From the NCBI GenBank assembly GCA_964016885.1, contig CAXHJY010001020.1, forward strand, positions 1-35,312: a stretch of 35,312 bases of DNA. The letters run 5' to 3'. Both the position numbers and the translations under genes were made by a program. Below are positions 26,370-35,312 of this stretch, piece by piece. The stretch is from Eledone cirrhosa (Eukaryota). Numbering within the stretch: the stretch's first letter is position 1; every line of letters begins with the position of its first letter. The notes under the pieces are model-generated. The model saw nothing but the letters and a program-made list of their open reading frames with translations. It had not been told where the DNA came from and searched no databases.

Positions 26370-26582
26370 TCACTCCAGTTGGAGGAGTCCCTCCCTGGTT
26401 GACCTCCACCGTTTCTTTCCTATCTCTGGCTATATCCGGCCATGCAAGGCCAAGGTATCAGGTCAGATCTTCATGCCACCGTGCCTTTGGCTGCCCTCTA
26501 GTTGCTCTACTGCCTTGGTATCCTCTCCGTTGCTCTAATAGTCTACTTGTCTCTGAAATGAGAGACATGGTCAGCCCATGAG
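26370..26582 (-). mobile_element. RTE-clade LINE 3' remnant
   Basis: Minus strand YQGSRATRGQPKARWHEDLT*YLGLAWPDIARDRK, an RTE C-terminal RG.P..RW.DD...W...A.DR motif. Confidence 0.7.
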
Positions 26583-26627
26583 ACAACAGATGAACTATTA
26601 GAGTAAAATGTTTCTTCCACCAAATAA

Positions 26628-26936
<309 letters not shown>

Positions 26937-26941
26937 ATATA

Positions 26942-27386
26942 TCATCATCGTTTAACGTCCATTTTCCACGCTAGCATGGGTCTGGACGGGAATTGTCCCA
27001 CTTGAGGCAAGATTGGTTGTCTTGCTCAGGACTGTCTGGCGGGGTTTTCTACGGCTGGATGCCCTTCCTAACACCAACCACATTTACAGTGTGGACTGGG
27101 AGGTTTTTACCGTATTACCTACATGGCCACATTACAGCGTGGACTGTGTGTTTTATTGTCGTGACACCTATACGGTTGGGTGCCCTTCCCAACACCAACC
27201 ACGTTTACAGTGTTTACTGGGAGGTTTTTACTGTGTTACCTACACGGCCACATTACAGCGTGGACTGTGTGTTTTTTTGTCGTGACACCTACACAACCTC
27301 ATTTGTTTCAGACTGGATGTTGTGGTACCAACATAACTTCACATTTAAGGGGGTGGTGTGGATGGGGTGGGGGTAGTGGGACGGGG
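26942..27386 (-). mobile_element. RTE-tailed SINE with internal 121-bp tandem duplication
   Basis: Colinear with 12259-12610 except that 27050-27170 is repeated as 27171-27291. Confidence 0.8.
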
Positions 27387-27439
27387 ATGTATATGTATTA
27401 TATAATATAAAATCAAAAGATGGTTAAAAGAGTTCCATG

Positions 27440-27510
27440 TATTTTATTATGCGCATTTCAAAAACAAATATCATCGAGGGATGATATTTGCGTTCTCATC
27501 AGATAAAATA
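27440..27510 (-). ncRNA. Type I hammerhead ribozyme (minimal stem III)
   Basis: Minus strand UAUUUUAU-CUGAUGA-stem II-GAAA-UGCGCA-UA/AUAAAAUA, the mirror copy of 27626-27693. Confidence 0.85.
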
Positions 27511-27625
27511 GAGAGACATGATATGAAGCTTAAAAAACACTTGCGAGCAGTGAAGTGTTAAATCAACATATGATTTAACACTTCACTGCTCGCAAGTGTT
27601 TTTTAAGCTTCATATCATGTCTTCC

Positions 27626-27693
27626 TATTTTATCTGATGAGAACGCAAATATCATCCCATGATATTTGTTTTTGAAATGCGCATAATAAAATA
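27626..27693 (+). ncRNA. Type I hammerhead ribozyme (minimal stem III)
   Basis: Stem I UAUUUUAU/AUAAAAUA (8 bp), CUGAUGA 27634-27640, stem II 27641-27673 (14/15 pairs), GAAA 27674-27677, palindromic UGCGCA, AUA cleavage after 27685. Confidence 0.88.
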
Positions 27694-27832
27694 CTTGGAA
27701 CTCTTTTAACCATCTTTTGATTTTATATTATTTATACTCCAGTCCTATAAACTGTTGAGTGCTACTTATCCGATATTTGCATTGCTTTATTGTGCTACAA
27801 TAAAACTCACCTCCTACATTATATATATATAT

Positions 27833-27945
27833 AAAATCAGGATACAACCAGTTTAAAACTAGTTAGACCAATTACTCAACAGAGTGCGATACTAGGAGTA
27901 GTAGAGTATAGTAATATTATAAAGGGTTGCGATCCGACAGCTAAG
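27833..27945 (-). mobile_element. Diverged relative of the family B tail
   Basis: gagtgcgatactaggagtagtagagta...gatccgacagctaagctc resembles gagtactcaatacttagggtagtagagta...gaccccgacggcagagctc at 26797-26864. Confidence 0.5.
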
Positions 27946-28104
27946 CTCTTGAGTAAACAGGTAATAAACAAGTTTGGAGTTACATCTACACTTAGCGACA
28001 AAATGTGAGTCAAATACCCTCTAATTAGGTGTCCTCAGCTTCCATCTGGTTATAATCCCCAAATTACTTCTCATTAGCTAGAAAGATATTCTTTTCAAGA
28101 CTTA

Positions 28105-28275
28105 TCTTTATCTATCTAGGGCGGGTAAAATTCCCAGAGATCCATGGACTAGTTCTCTCCAGCGGTCTCTATCCTTCATCATCGCCAATATGTCCCGCAT
28201 CTCCCAGAGACCCGTGTTTGTCTTTAAGACATCAACATACGTTATCCTTGGTCTCCCTCTTCCAGTGTGTCCATT
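28105..28275 (-). mobile_element. RTE-clade LINE 3' remnant
   Basis: Minus strand GHTGRGRPRITYVDVLKTNTGLWEMRDILAMMKDRDRWRELV. Confidence 0.8.
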
Positions 28276-28318
28276 TATATTTGTTCAAATCTAAAACTTC
28301 GCTCTGTTGCTACCATAA

Positions 28319-28532
28319 CCCTTTAGTTACCAACCTGGACAAAACCAGCTCTGGTTCTATGAAATAAAACGACCCATTTTAAAGGTTTCCAATTTAAATT
28401 AAAATCTTCCAACATAATTTATATAAGAATCTTACATTAAGTCACTGTCTTAGTATTTAGTAAATCCTTCAAAATTCTTCATTAATTCATTAAAATAGAG
28501 TATATTTCATTAGAAATTTAGTCATGAAAGGG
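28319..28532. mobile_element. piggyBac-like MITE
   Basis: ataa|ccctttagttacc...agtcatgaaaggg|ttaa. Related to 14421-14655. Confidence 0.6.
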
Positions 28533-28685
28533 TTAAGCCTTTTGTCTGACAAATGGAGTTTCAACCACATGGTTTTAGGTTCGATCCTAGAGTGTGCCAC
28601 CTTCATTATCTTCTACAGCTTCAGAAAAACCAATGCTTAGTGACTGAATTTGGTAGGCAGAAACTATAAGGAAGTCCATCATATG

Positions 28686-28723
<38 letters not shown>

Positions 28724-28863
28724 TCCCCCACTCACTCCCATGTATAGTGTGTGTATGTGCATATATGTGTTTGACTGTATCTTTGCTTCTTGTGAGCAGT
28801 AATGTATGTTTATGGCCTGTGTCAGTAGAAATTATGCAGCTGAGCAATTAGATGTGCACATTT

Positions 28864-29206
28864 GGAGGCACATGGCTTAGTGGTTAGAGCATTGGCCTTG
28901 CAATCAAAAGGTTGTGAGTTCAATTCTCAGACCAGGTGATGTGTTGTTTCCTTGAGCAAGGCACTTTATTTCACATTGCTCCAGTTTACTCAGCTGTAGA
29001 AATGAGATGATAGGGACTGGGGTCCCTATCATTCCACTGCAAAGGGGTCGTGGAGGTGCCACGGCAAAAAAGCCCCCAGCACTCACTGTAAATGAGGTTG
29101 GTGTTAGGAAGGGCATCCAGCTGTAGAAATCAAGCCAGAACCAGTTCCCGTCCCACCCTTGCAAGCAGGGAAAAAGCGGACGTAAAATGAAATGAAATGA
29201 AATGAA
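28864..29206 (+). mobile_element. Full-length composite SINE: tRNA head, CORE-like segment, RTE-derived body, (AAATG)n tail
   Basis: Box A tggcttagtgg, box B gagttcaattc, tccttgagcaaggcacttta, then a body shared with 12900-13187. Confidence 0.8.
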
Positions 29207-29839
29207 AGATTCATATTTTATTTTTAAAACAAACTTAGCCTGGCATTAGGAGGTGCATCCTACTGTTGTATATTATGTTACAAGGTTTTTGTCTCGGCCT
29301 GTTTTGTCATGTCCCAATGTGTACTGGTCTGAACGGTTAATGCACAGAAACTAGTGATTTCCAGGTGGTGACTGAGGAGATGGAACTGTCCATCTTTCCA
29401 TTTTTTTTCTCCATTGTCCGTGTCCTCTGTGCCCCCTGTTTTGTATTTATTTATTTATATATATATACATATATATATATGTATATATGAAGGGTCGAGA
29501 GGACCCTTCAGCCATCTCACAGTGCAGCAACCTATGTAGTGTTGGTGATCTACACAATAAACACACAGTACACACTGTAAAATGGTTGGTGATAACGTCA
29601 TCCAGCCATGGAAAGCTTATCAAAAAAGGGTTAGACGGACACTTCAGTTGTGCCAAAGACATGGCAACATCTTTGCATTTGGTAGAACGTAAGACCATAC
29701 GTTAGCGAGGTGCAGATACCCCCAACCACTCACCCCGGCCTGACTGGGAAGTCTGTAACCTCGCTTTAATACTAACTTGAACTATGTAGGTCTATCCAAC
29801 CCTTACTAGCAAGTAAAGCAGATGTTAAACAATAATGAT

Positions 29840-29875
29840 GACACACACACACACACCACACACACCACACACACA

Positions 29876-29943
<68 letters not shown>
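29840..29943. repeat. (CA)n microsatellite
   Basis: Direct inspection. Confidence 0.9.
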
Positions 29944-29946
<3 letters not shown>

Positions 29947-31169
29947 GAGGGAGAGAGAAAGAGGGAGATGTAAAACAATTTTGTAACATGTTTTTGTATG
30001 CATGAATGGATTGAATGGTAAATAAAGGGGCCTTTATTGTTAATTTGAAATAGAATTTATCATTCTTTATATCGTGGAACCTGAAATAGCTTGACATTTC
30101 ATTCTTCTGGGTTGACTCTGTGCGTGTGTGCACGCGTGCAAGTTGATTCAGTTGACTATGTATACATTCCTTATGAATATTAATATTTTGTCATGTTCTC
30201 GAAGGGATCACTGTCATCCATAATGCTCTCACCACCCCACCAACTGTGGTCTGCTTTCCCACCTTGACAAGGACTGCTCTTCTTTGCACCCAAAAGTTTC
30301 ATGGAGAAGACATCCAGCTGACACCCCATGTATGCCATGTAGCTCAGGACCCAGGAGAGAAGGATCCTCTATCTCCACCACATAGATGAGAAGCATGATC
30401 TCTTGTCAGCAGTCAGTTTTTTTTTATGTGATAGTCATGGGAGGAAGGGCAGGGCCTGTGAACCTTTACTGAGTCTCTGAGACTAGAGGGGGGAAATTTG
30501 AGGATAAATCAGAGACACTGTTCAAATATTTGCAATGGAGAGGACTTTGCAAAAGATACCCAACGGCTATGCAGAGATGATAAACCAGTATGATAAGCAA
30601 AGATAAACCAGTATGATAAGCAAAGCCTTGTATAATATTGCTTGAAAATAATTTCACATGAATATTCTTTCATTTGACACAACTGGTTCTCATGTTTCTG
30701 TCAAGAAAAATAATCTTTTAATTATATATTTTTAATTACATTAAAGAATTCACACAAAACATAACCACAAACGAAAAAAAAACAAAAAAGAAAAACATAC
30801 AAAATCCAAACAAAAGAGTAAACCTGAGACATAAACGATTTCTTCAGCAAATGAACAGAACATACCACTGCTACCTTCAGCACAAAACGTGACAAACTCA
30901 AATTGCTATCTTCAATAGCTGGAAAAGTTAACTCACATATCTAACAGCTCTATTTACCAAGAATCTTTCTACCGTTTTAGACATGAATTCTTAAGAGATA
31001 CTCATACACACTGTTTGTTATATTCTTCAGTTTTAGAATGTTATGTGACCTTATCACTTTACAATTGCTTTCTCTCTCTCTCATCAACATCCTCTCACCT
31101 TCTGTCACTCTCTTTTTCTATCAACCTCTCTCTCACTCTCTCTCAACCTACTTATAGGCCCACACAATC

Positions 31170-31173
31170 ACTC

Positions 31174-31245
<72 letters not shown>

Positions 31246-31279
31246 GTATGTATGTATGTATGTATGTGTGTGTGTGTGC

Positions 31280-31318
<39 letters not shown>
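31170..31318. repeat. (CT)n/(GTAT)n/(TA)n microsatellite
   Basis: Direct inspection. Confidence 0.9.
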
Positions 31319-31321
<3 letters not shown>

Positions 31322-31529
31322 ATAGTCTGCAGTACTGGGACTGGGGAAGACCACATTAAAGAAGTACTTGATACATGGTAAGATGCAGAGTGGTTATATT
31401 AGTGAAAGTAAAGGATTTACCACAACCTCACCAGTTTCAGCTAGTTACCTCTTCTATATATATTCTTCAAATGAAGAGAATTCTGGCCTGAATATGGCCG
31501 GTTTAAATGCTAAAAGGTTAAGTATATTC

Positions 31530-31725
31530 TTAGGACGGTAGATTGGTAGTGTGGGTAGTTGTCAAACAAAATGCTTTGTGGTATTTAGTTACAATTTTCT
31601 ATGTTCTGAGTTCAAACTCCACTGAGGTAAACTTCCACATTCATCCTTCTGGGTGGAGCGGGCTGATATAATCGATTTTCCCTTTCTCCAAATTTGCTGG
31701 CCATGTATCTAAATTTGAAATCAAT
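31530..31725 (+). mobile_element. Decayed tRNA-derived SINE
   Basis: gttctgagttcaaactccactgaggtaaac...ttcatcctt...aaatttgctggcc...aaatttgaaa. Confidence 0.65.
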
Positions 31726-31787
31726 ATTAAATATATAGTCTTGAAGGAAACATGGAAGTAAGTTTTGAAAAAAAAAATTCAATTTAA

Positions 31788-31996
31788 CACTAGGATTTAC
31801 ATTACTCTATATTTACTATTGTATTTTCATGGTAAAATGTTTTACCTCACATAATTATCTCTCATAATATCGAATCTATGATATTTTTATGTTATTTATT
31901 TTGAGAACAATACCTTAACATCACTGGTTATGACTGGTTTGAACAGAAAGAGGTGAGAGGATTTTGGCTGGATAAGCCGGTTTAAATACTAAAGGG
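31788..31996. mobile_element. piggyBac-like MITE (SINE-free paralogue of 25914-26188)
   Basis: TTAA at 31784-31787 and 31997-32000, right end taaatactaaaggg. The body aligns with the first copy. Confidence 0.8.
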
Positions 31997-32233
31997 TTAA
32001 TAGCTGAAATAGATGAATATGATGCTTGGCTCTTAATTTTGAGATGTTTGTCAATCATGTTCTTCTTAACCAAATAATTGAGTTGGATCAAATTTTATAT
32101 TGTGGATTATTTTGGATGGACATTTTCTCAATATTATCCTCATATTGTAAATTATTTTTTTCTAACGTAAGCCACATTTTCTTTTATTTTTGTTTATTTT
32201 TATTCTATTTTTATTTACTATTATTATTATTAA

Positions 32234-32395
32234 GGGCAGTGGATGGATTAGCAGTATCGAAAGAGCGTCAGACACCATGCTTTGCCACATAGAGTCACAA
32301 CTCTTTACGTTCTGATTTCAAATCCTGCTGAGGTCAGCTTTGCCTTTCATCCTTACGGGGTCCATAAAATAAAGCACCAGTAATATTAAATCGAC
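32234..32395 (+). mobile_element. tRNA-derived SINE
   Basis: attagcagtatcga...ttctgatttcaaatcctgctgaggtcagctttgcctttcatccttacggggtccataaaataaagcaccag. Confidence 0.8.
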
Positions 32396-32533
32396 CCCCC
32401 CCCCCCCCCCACACACACACCATTCTACAGTTTTATTGTTTTGAAATGCCATCATCAACTCATTTCATCTCTGATTACAATTAAATTATCAATTGCCTCC
32501 TCAAATCTCTCGACTGAGTTACTCGTTATCCTG

Positions 32534-32586
<53 letters not shown>

Positions 32587-33269
32587 AAGTAATATATTTT
32601 TAAGAATCATAACTAACCTCTATTGACCATACTTCTCTAATATTCAATCTACAAATTCTTCCTCCACTGCCAAATCTTATACAAGTTTCAAACATGAATT
32701 AAATGCCACATGCTAAAATGACACACAAGAAAGACATTCACACAGTAGTAAATCTCAGAAACCTGGTACATCTGGTATGTTGGTTATCTCATACTGTAGG
32801 GTTTTTCTTGAGCAAAACTGATAAGATCTAGTCAACGACCAACATAAGCACCCACGTTGCATCATTTCTTCATAAATTTCCCATAAGCAATCATTTTCAC
32901 TACATAACTTATGCTTGGCCTACATACATCCACAGTTGACAACTACTACCTATTACTCAAAATACTTTAGCACACAAATCTCATCTGTTCTCATAGCAGC
33001 TTTTACCGAGTTCTAAGAAAATATGAGAGTAGCTTCTTGTCCCTTAATCTAAGTGGAAGCACCATTAATAAACTCTCTAATGATTTTAGACTAGAGTCCT
33101 TGTGGGTCATCATCAGTAAAAGAGCTTTCGTGGATTTCACCTATTGAATAAAACAACTAAATCCCCCGAGACTTCATATTAGTCCTTTATCTTAGGAAAG
33201 AGTGGTTATATCTAAAATAGTTCTTTGAATATCTATGTGCTATCATCATATGTCAATTCAACCAGGAAC

Positions 33270-33515
33270 TTTTGGAAATATCCTGTCCAGTCAACTACTC
33301 TTATTCCAAATATCTTCTCTCAGAGTCTTGATTGAGTTTTGATGTGTAATGGACCATTGTTGGTTCTGGTGAAGAGTGTTCCAGTTGATTCATTCAACAG
33401 AAACAGCCTGCTCCATTATTCTCAGGAAGATTCTGCATGACACAGGGTGTGACATGACTGATCCATTGAATCAGATATAATTCATTTTTTTTGCTGGCTG
33501 AGTAGAATGGTGCTA
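33270..33515 (-). pseudogene. Highly decayed Tc1-like transposase C-terminal fragment
   Basis: FYSASKKNELYLI, then LFTRTNNGPLHIKTQSRL*EKIFGIRVVDWTGY. The spacing matches F.QDNAP.H-x7-W-x4-GI.V.DWP, with the stop at the conserved W. Confidence 0.55.
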
Positions 33516-33519
33516 CTGG

Positions 33520-33575
33520 TAACATGTATCCCAGTACAACTTGTCTCATGGTCGGGTCGTTGGCGACTAAACTGG
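33520..33575 (+). ncRNA. Decayed HDV-like ribozyme
   Basis: P1 taacatg/catggtc (5/7), P2 ccagt/actgg, L3-like aacttgt, GG, P4 tcg-ttgg-cga, J4/2 CUAA. P3 and P1.1 are damaged. Confidence 0.5.
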
Positions 33576-34026
33576 CAACCCCACCAAGGTTTCTTGGTGA
33601 GGAGGGTGACTTTGGACATCCTGCAGGACTAAAAACAAAACCTGTCAAAGGGCAAAGGAACTCCTGGGAGCTCTTAGAGCTCTTGGAGTCACTGGCCATC
33701 CAAAACCAGCACGGCCCGCCGAAAGGCGCTGCAGTACCGGAAAAGTCACATCCCCTGACGTTACTTCCTGCTACTAGTATGCTGGTAAGCTAGTACAACG
33801 TATCTCCAGACGGATAGAGTGGGTCCGTAGCTTTGGTTAGCGACTACTCTAGTGCTTGCAACACGAACAATTAGGGCGAGGGTATAAATGCCAGGTTGGT
33901 ATCTGGCGCCGGGTAACCCACCACACGGAGGAGAAAGCACCTTCTTCAAGACTTGGCTGTCAAATTCTTTCACATGTGTGTAGTAGTGGCGCCCACACAC
34001 ATTATTAGCTATTTGAAAAGATGATG
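33520..34026 (+). mobile_element. Non-autonomous element resembling an RTE 5' UTR
   Basis: GC-rich island starting with an HDV-like fold and ending in gaaaagatgatg. The RTE assignment is from recalled sequence similarity and context. Confidence 0.5.
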
Positions 34027-34059
34027 GATTTCGCAACTAACTGCACCAGGGTTCCTGTT

Positions 34060-34258
34060 CCTCAGGGAACCACACTATATGGTATACCTGTTGATATAGG
34101 TCCAGCCCCTGCTTTCCCGGGTCCTGTTTCTGATCATAATGATCTCTAGAGATACGGGAATCAGTAGACAGGACCTGGGGGACAGGGAATTCTGGGGCAT
34201 GAGAGTGAGATCCGTCATCTCGACAGTAGTCGAAGAATGATGATGATGATGATGATGA
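34060..34258 (+). mobile_element. RTE-clade LINE 3' end with (TGA)n tail
   Basis: ISRDTGISRQDLGDREFWGMRVRSVISTVVEE*, followed directly by (tga)n. Confidence 0.6.
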
Positions 34259-34713
34259 GAATGGAGCAACATGAAATAAAGTATCTTCTTCAATGGCTCA
34301 ACATGCTGCCAAGAATCGAACTCAACTTTGTATGCAATTGTGAACCAAACACTCTAGCCATTAAGCCACGCATCTTCTATTTGGTTTATAATAGAATAAA
34401 TTTATGACAGAATAACCATTTGTCTATTAACTAAACATAAAATGTCATTGCTTTTGTTGCTGGCTCTAACTATTGCTGCCATATAGTTGTTTGTTAATTT
34501 TATCTATGACTTCATCATACAAATCATTATAAATGCACCACCTGATAACATACACAACAGATGACTAGATTAATATGTCTATAAAAATATTAGATCATTC
34601 CCTTTAGTGAAGAGATTGACCTATTATAGAACTTAATTTATTCAGTCAGATTAGTTTACTACCAACCAGCTGATATGCCAATCAATTTTCTCCATTGAGG
34701 ATGAAGAGGCCAC

Positions 34714-34719
<6 letters not shown>

Positions 34720-34792
<73 letters not shown>
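34720..34792. repeat. (TA)n microsatellite
   Basis: Direct inspection. Confidence 0.95.
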
Positions 34793-34793
<1 letters not shown>

Positions 34794-35312
34794 TAGCTAA
34801 ACTACCTGTCCTTTGGACGGTTCAAGTAGCTTTCGATGTAGTTCATTTAACTAAACAAAGTAAATTTGAATACGTAGAAGAAAAACGTACTTTATGTAAA
34901 CATGAACACCTCAGGCACTATTCCAGCGAAATAATTAATATGTAAGCTCGGTGTCATCCGTTATACCATGTAACAACAGAAATCCAGTCTAGATATAATA
35001 AACTTTTTTGACAACAGTAAAAGCGCATCATGAAATAGAGAAGTGAAGTGAATAATAGACACTATTATGTACAAAGCATAATATTGTAAAAGTTAGACAT
35101 CACTTAATGTATGAACATCAAACTTGAAACGATAAATTATGCAATGTCAAATCTATAACTTAACTTAGTAATCTGTTAGAAATTGCTGGTTGTGAAATAT
35201 ACAAAATGATATTGTTAGTCTCAATATTTAGTCTCTTTGTTTCAAGTACAAAGAGTAAATTAAAATCCGAATGAGCTGAATTACGAAAGATAACTCTTAT
35301 CTTACTTAATCA
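34793..35312 (-). mobile_element. Helitron-like element, 3' terminus (extent to window end uncertain)
   Basis: Minus strand ends accgtcc-aaa-ggacaggt hairpin (34821-34804), 7-nt spacer, CTAG (34796-34793), then T. Confidence 0.6.

Larger units (their letters stand above)
27402..27820. mobile_element. PLE-like palindromic terminal element carrying two hammerheads
   Basis: Arms 27402-27565 and 27571-27731, 5-nt loop acata, only 3 substitutions and one 3-nt indel. A ~90-nt tail follows, ending at (TA)n. Confidence 0.75.

Noticed and set aside
28864-28935. tRNA gene
   Set aside because: It has no acceptor stem partner and continues directly into a SINE body.
30579-30624. 23-bp perfect tandem duplication (gataaaccagtatgataagcaaa x2)
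   Set aside because: It is an isolated two-unit slippage duplication with no further structure.
33365-33412. Cadherin-like peptide LFLLNESTGTLFT on the minus strand (protocadherin exon?)
   Set aside because: No DRE, DxNDN or AxDxG motifs follow. The same frame fits a Tc1 transposase better.
33394-34036. ORFs 33394-33699, 33524-33793 and 33761-34036
   Set aside because: They are short chance frames over a GC-rich UTR-like repeat, with no domain motifs apart from the transposase relic at the left edge.

Overview
AT-rich, microsatellite-saturated eukaryotic intergenic or intronic DNA. The repeat content (tRNA-derived and RTE-tailed SINEs, RTE, CRE and CR1-group LINE debris, TTAA MITEs) resembles a coleoid cephalopod such as Octopus; this is an inference from recalled repeat families, not a database result. 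I find no convincing host protein-coding exon, and most ORFs in the track are microsatellite artefacts. The only large coding element is a decayed, internally deleted CR1-group LINE (~18893-22337, +). Its ORF1 has a Myb/SANT-like domain and two CCCH fingers, followed by an APE endonuclease and an RT. The most interesting signal is non-coding: short palindromic elements in (TA)n tracts that carry hammerhead ribozyme motifs of the Penelope-like-element (PLE) type. There are three complete type-I hammerheads (11002-11119 -, 27440-27510 -, 27626-27693 +), a 3-4 copy family keeping only the GAAA/stem III/GUC half inside a fixed terminal hairpin, and one decayed candidate near 7070. One hairpin has a 34-bp exact templated insertion copied from ~1 kb upstream. 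A decayed HDV-like ribozyme heads an RTE-like 5' region at ~33520, and a Helitron 3' end closes the window.
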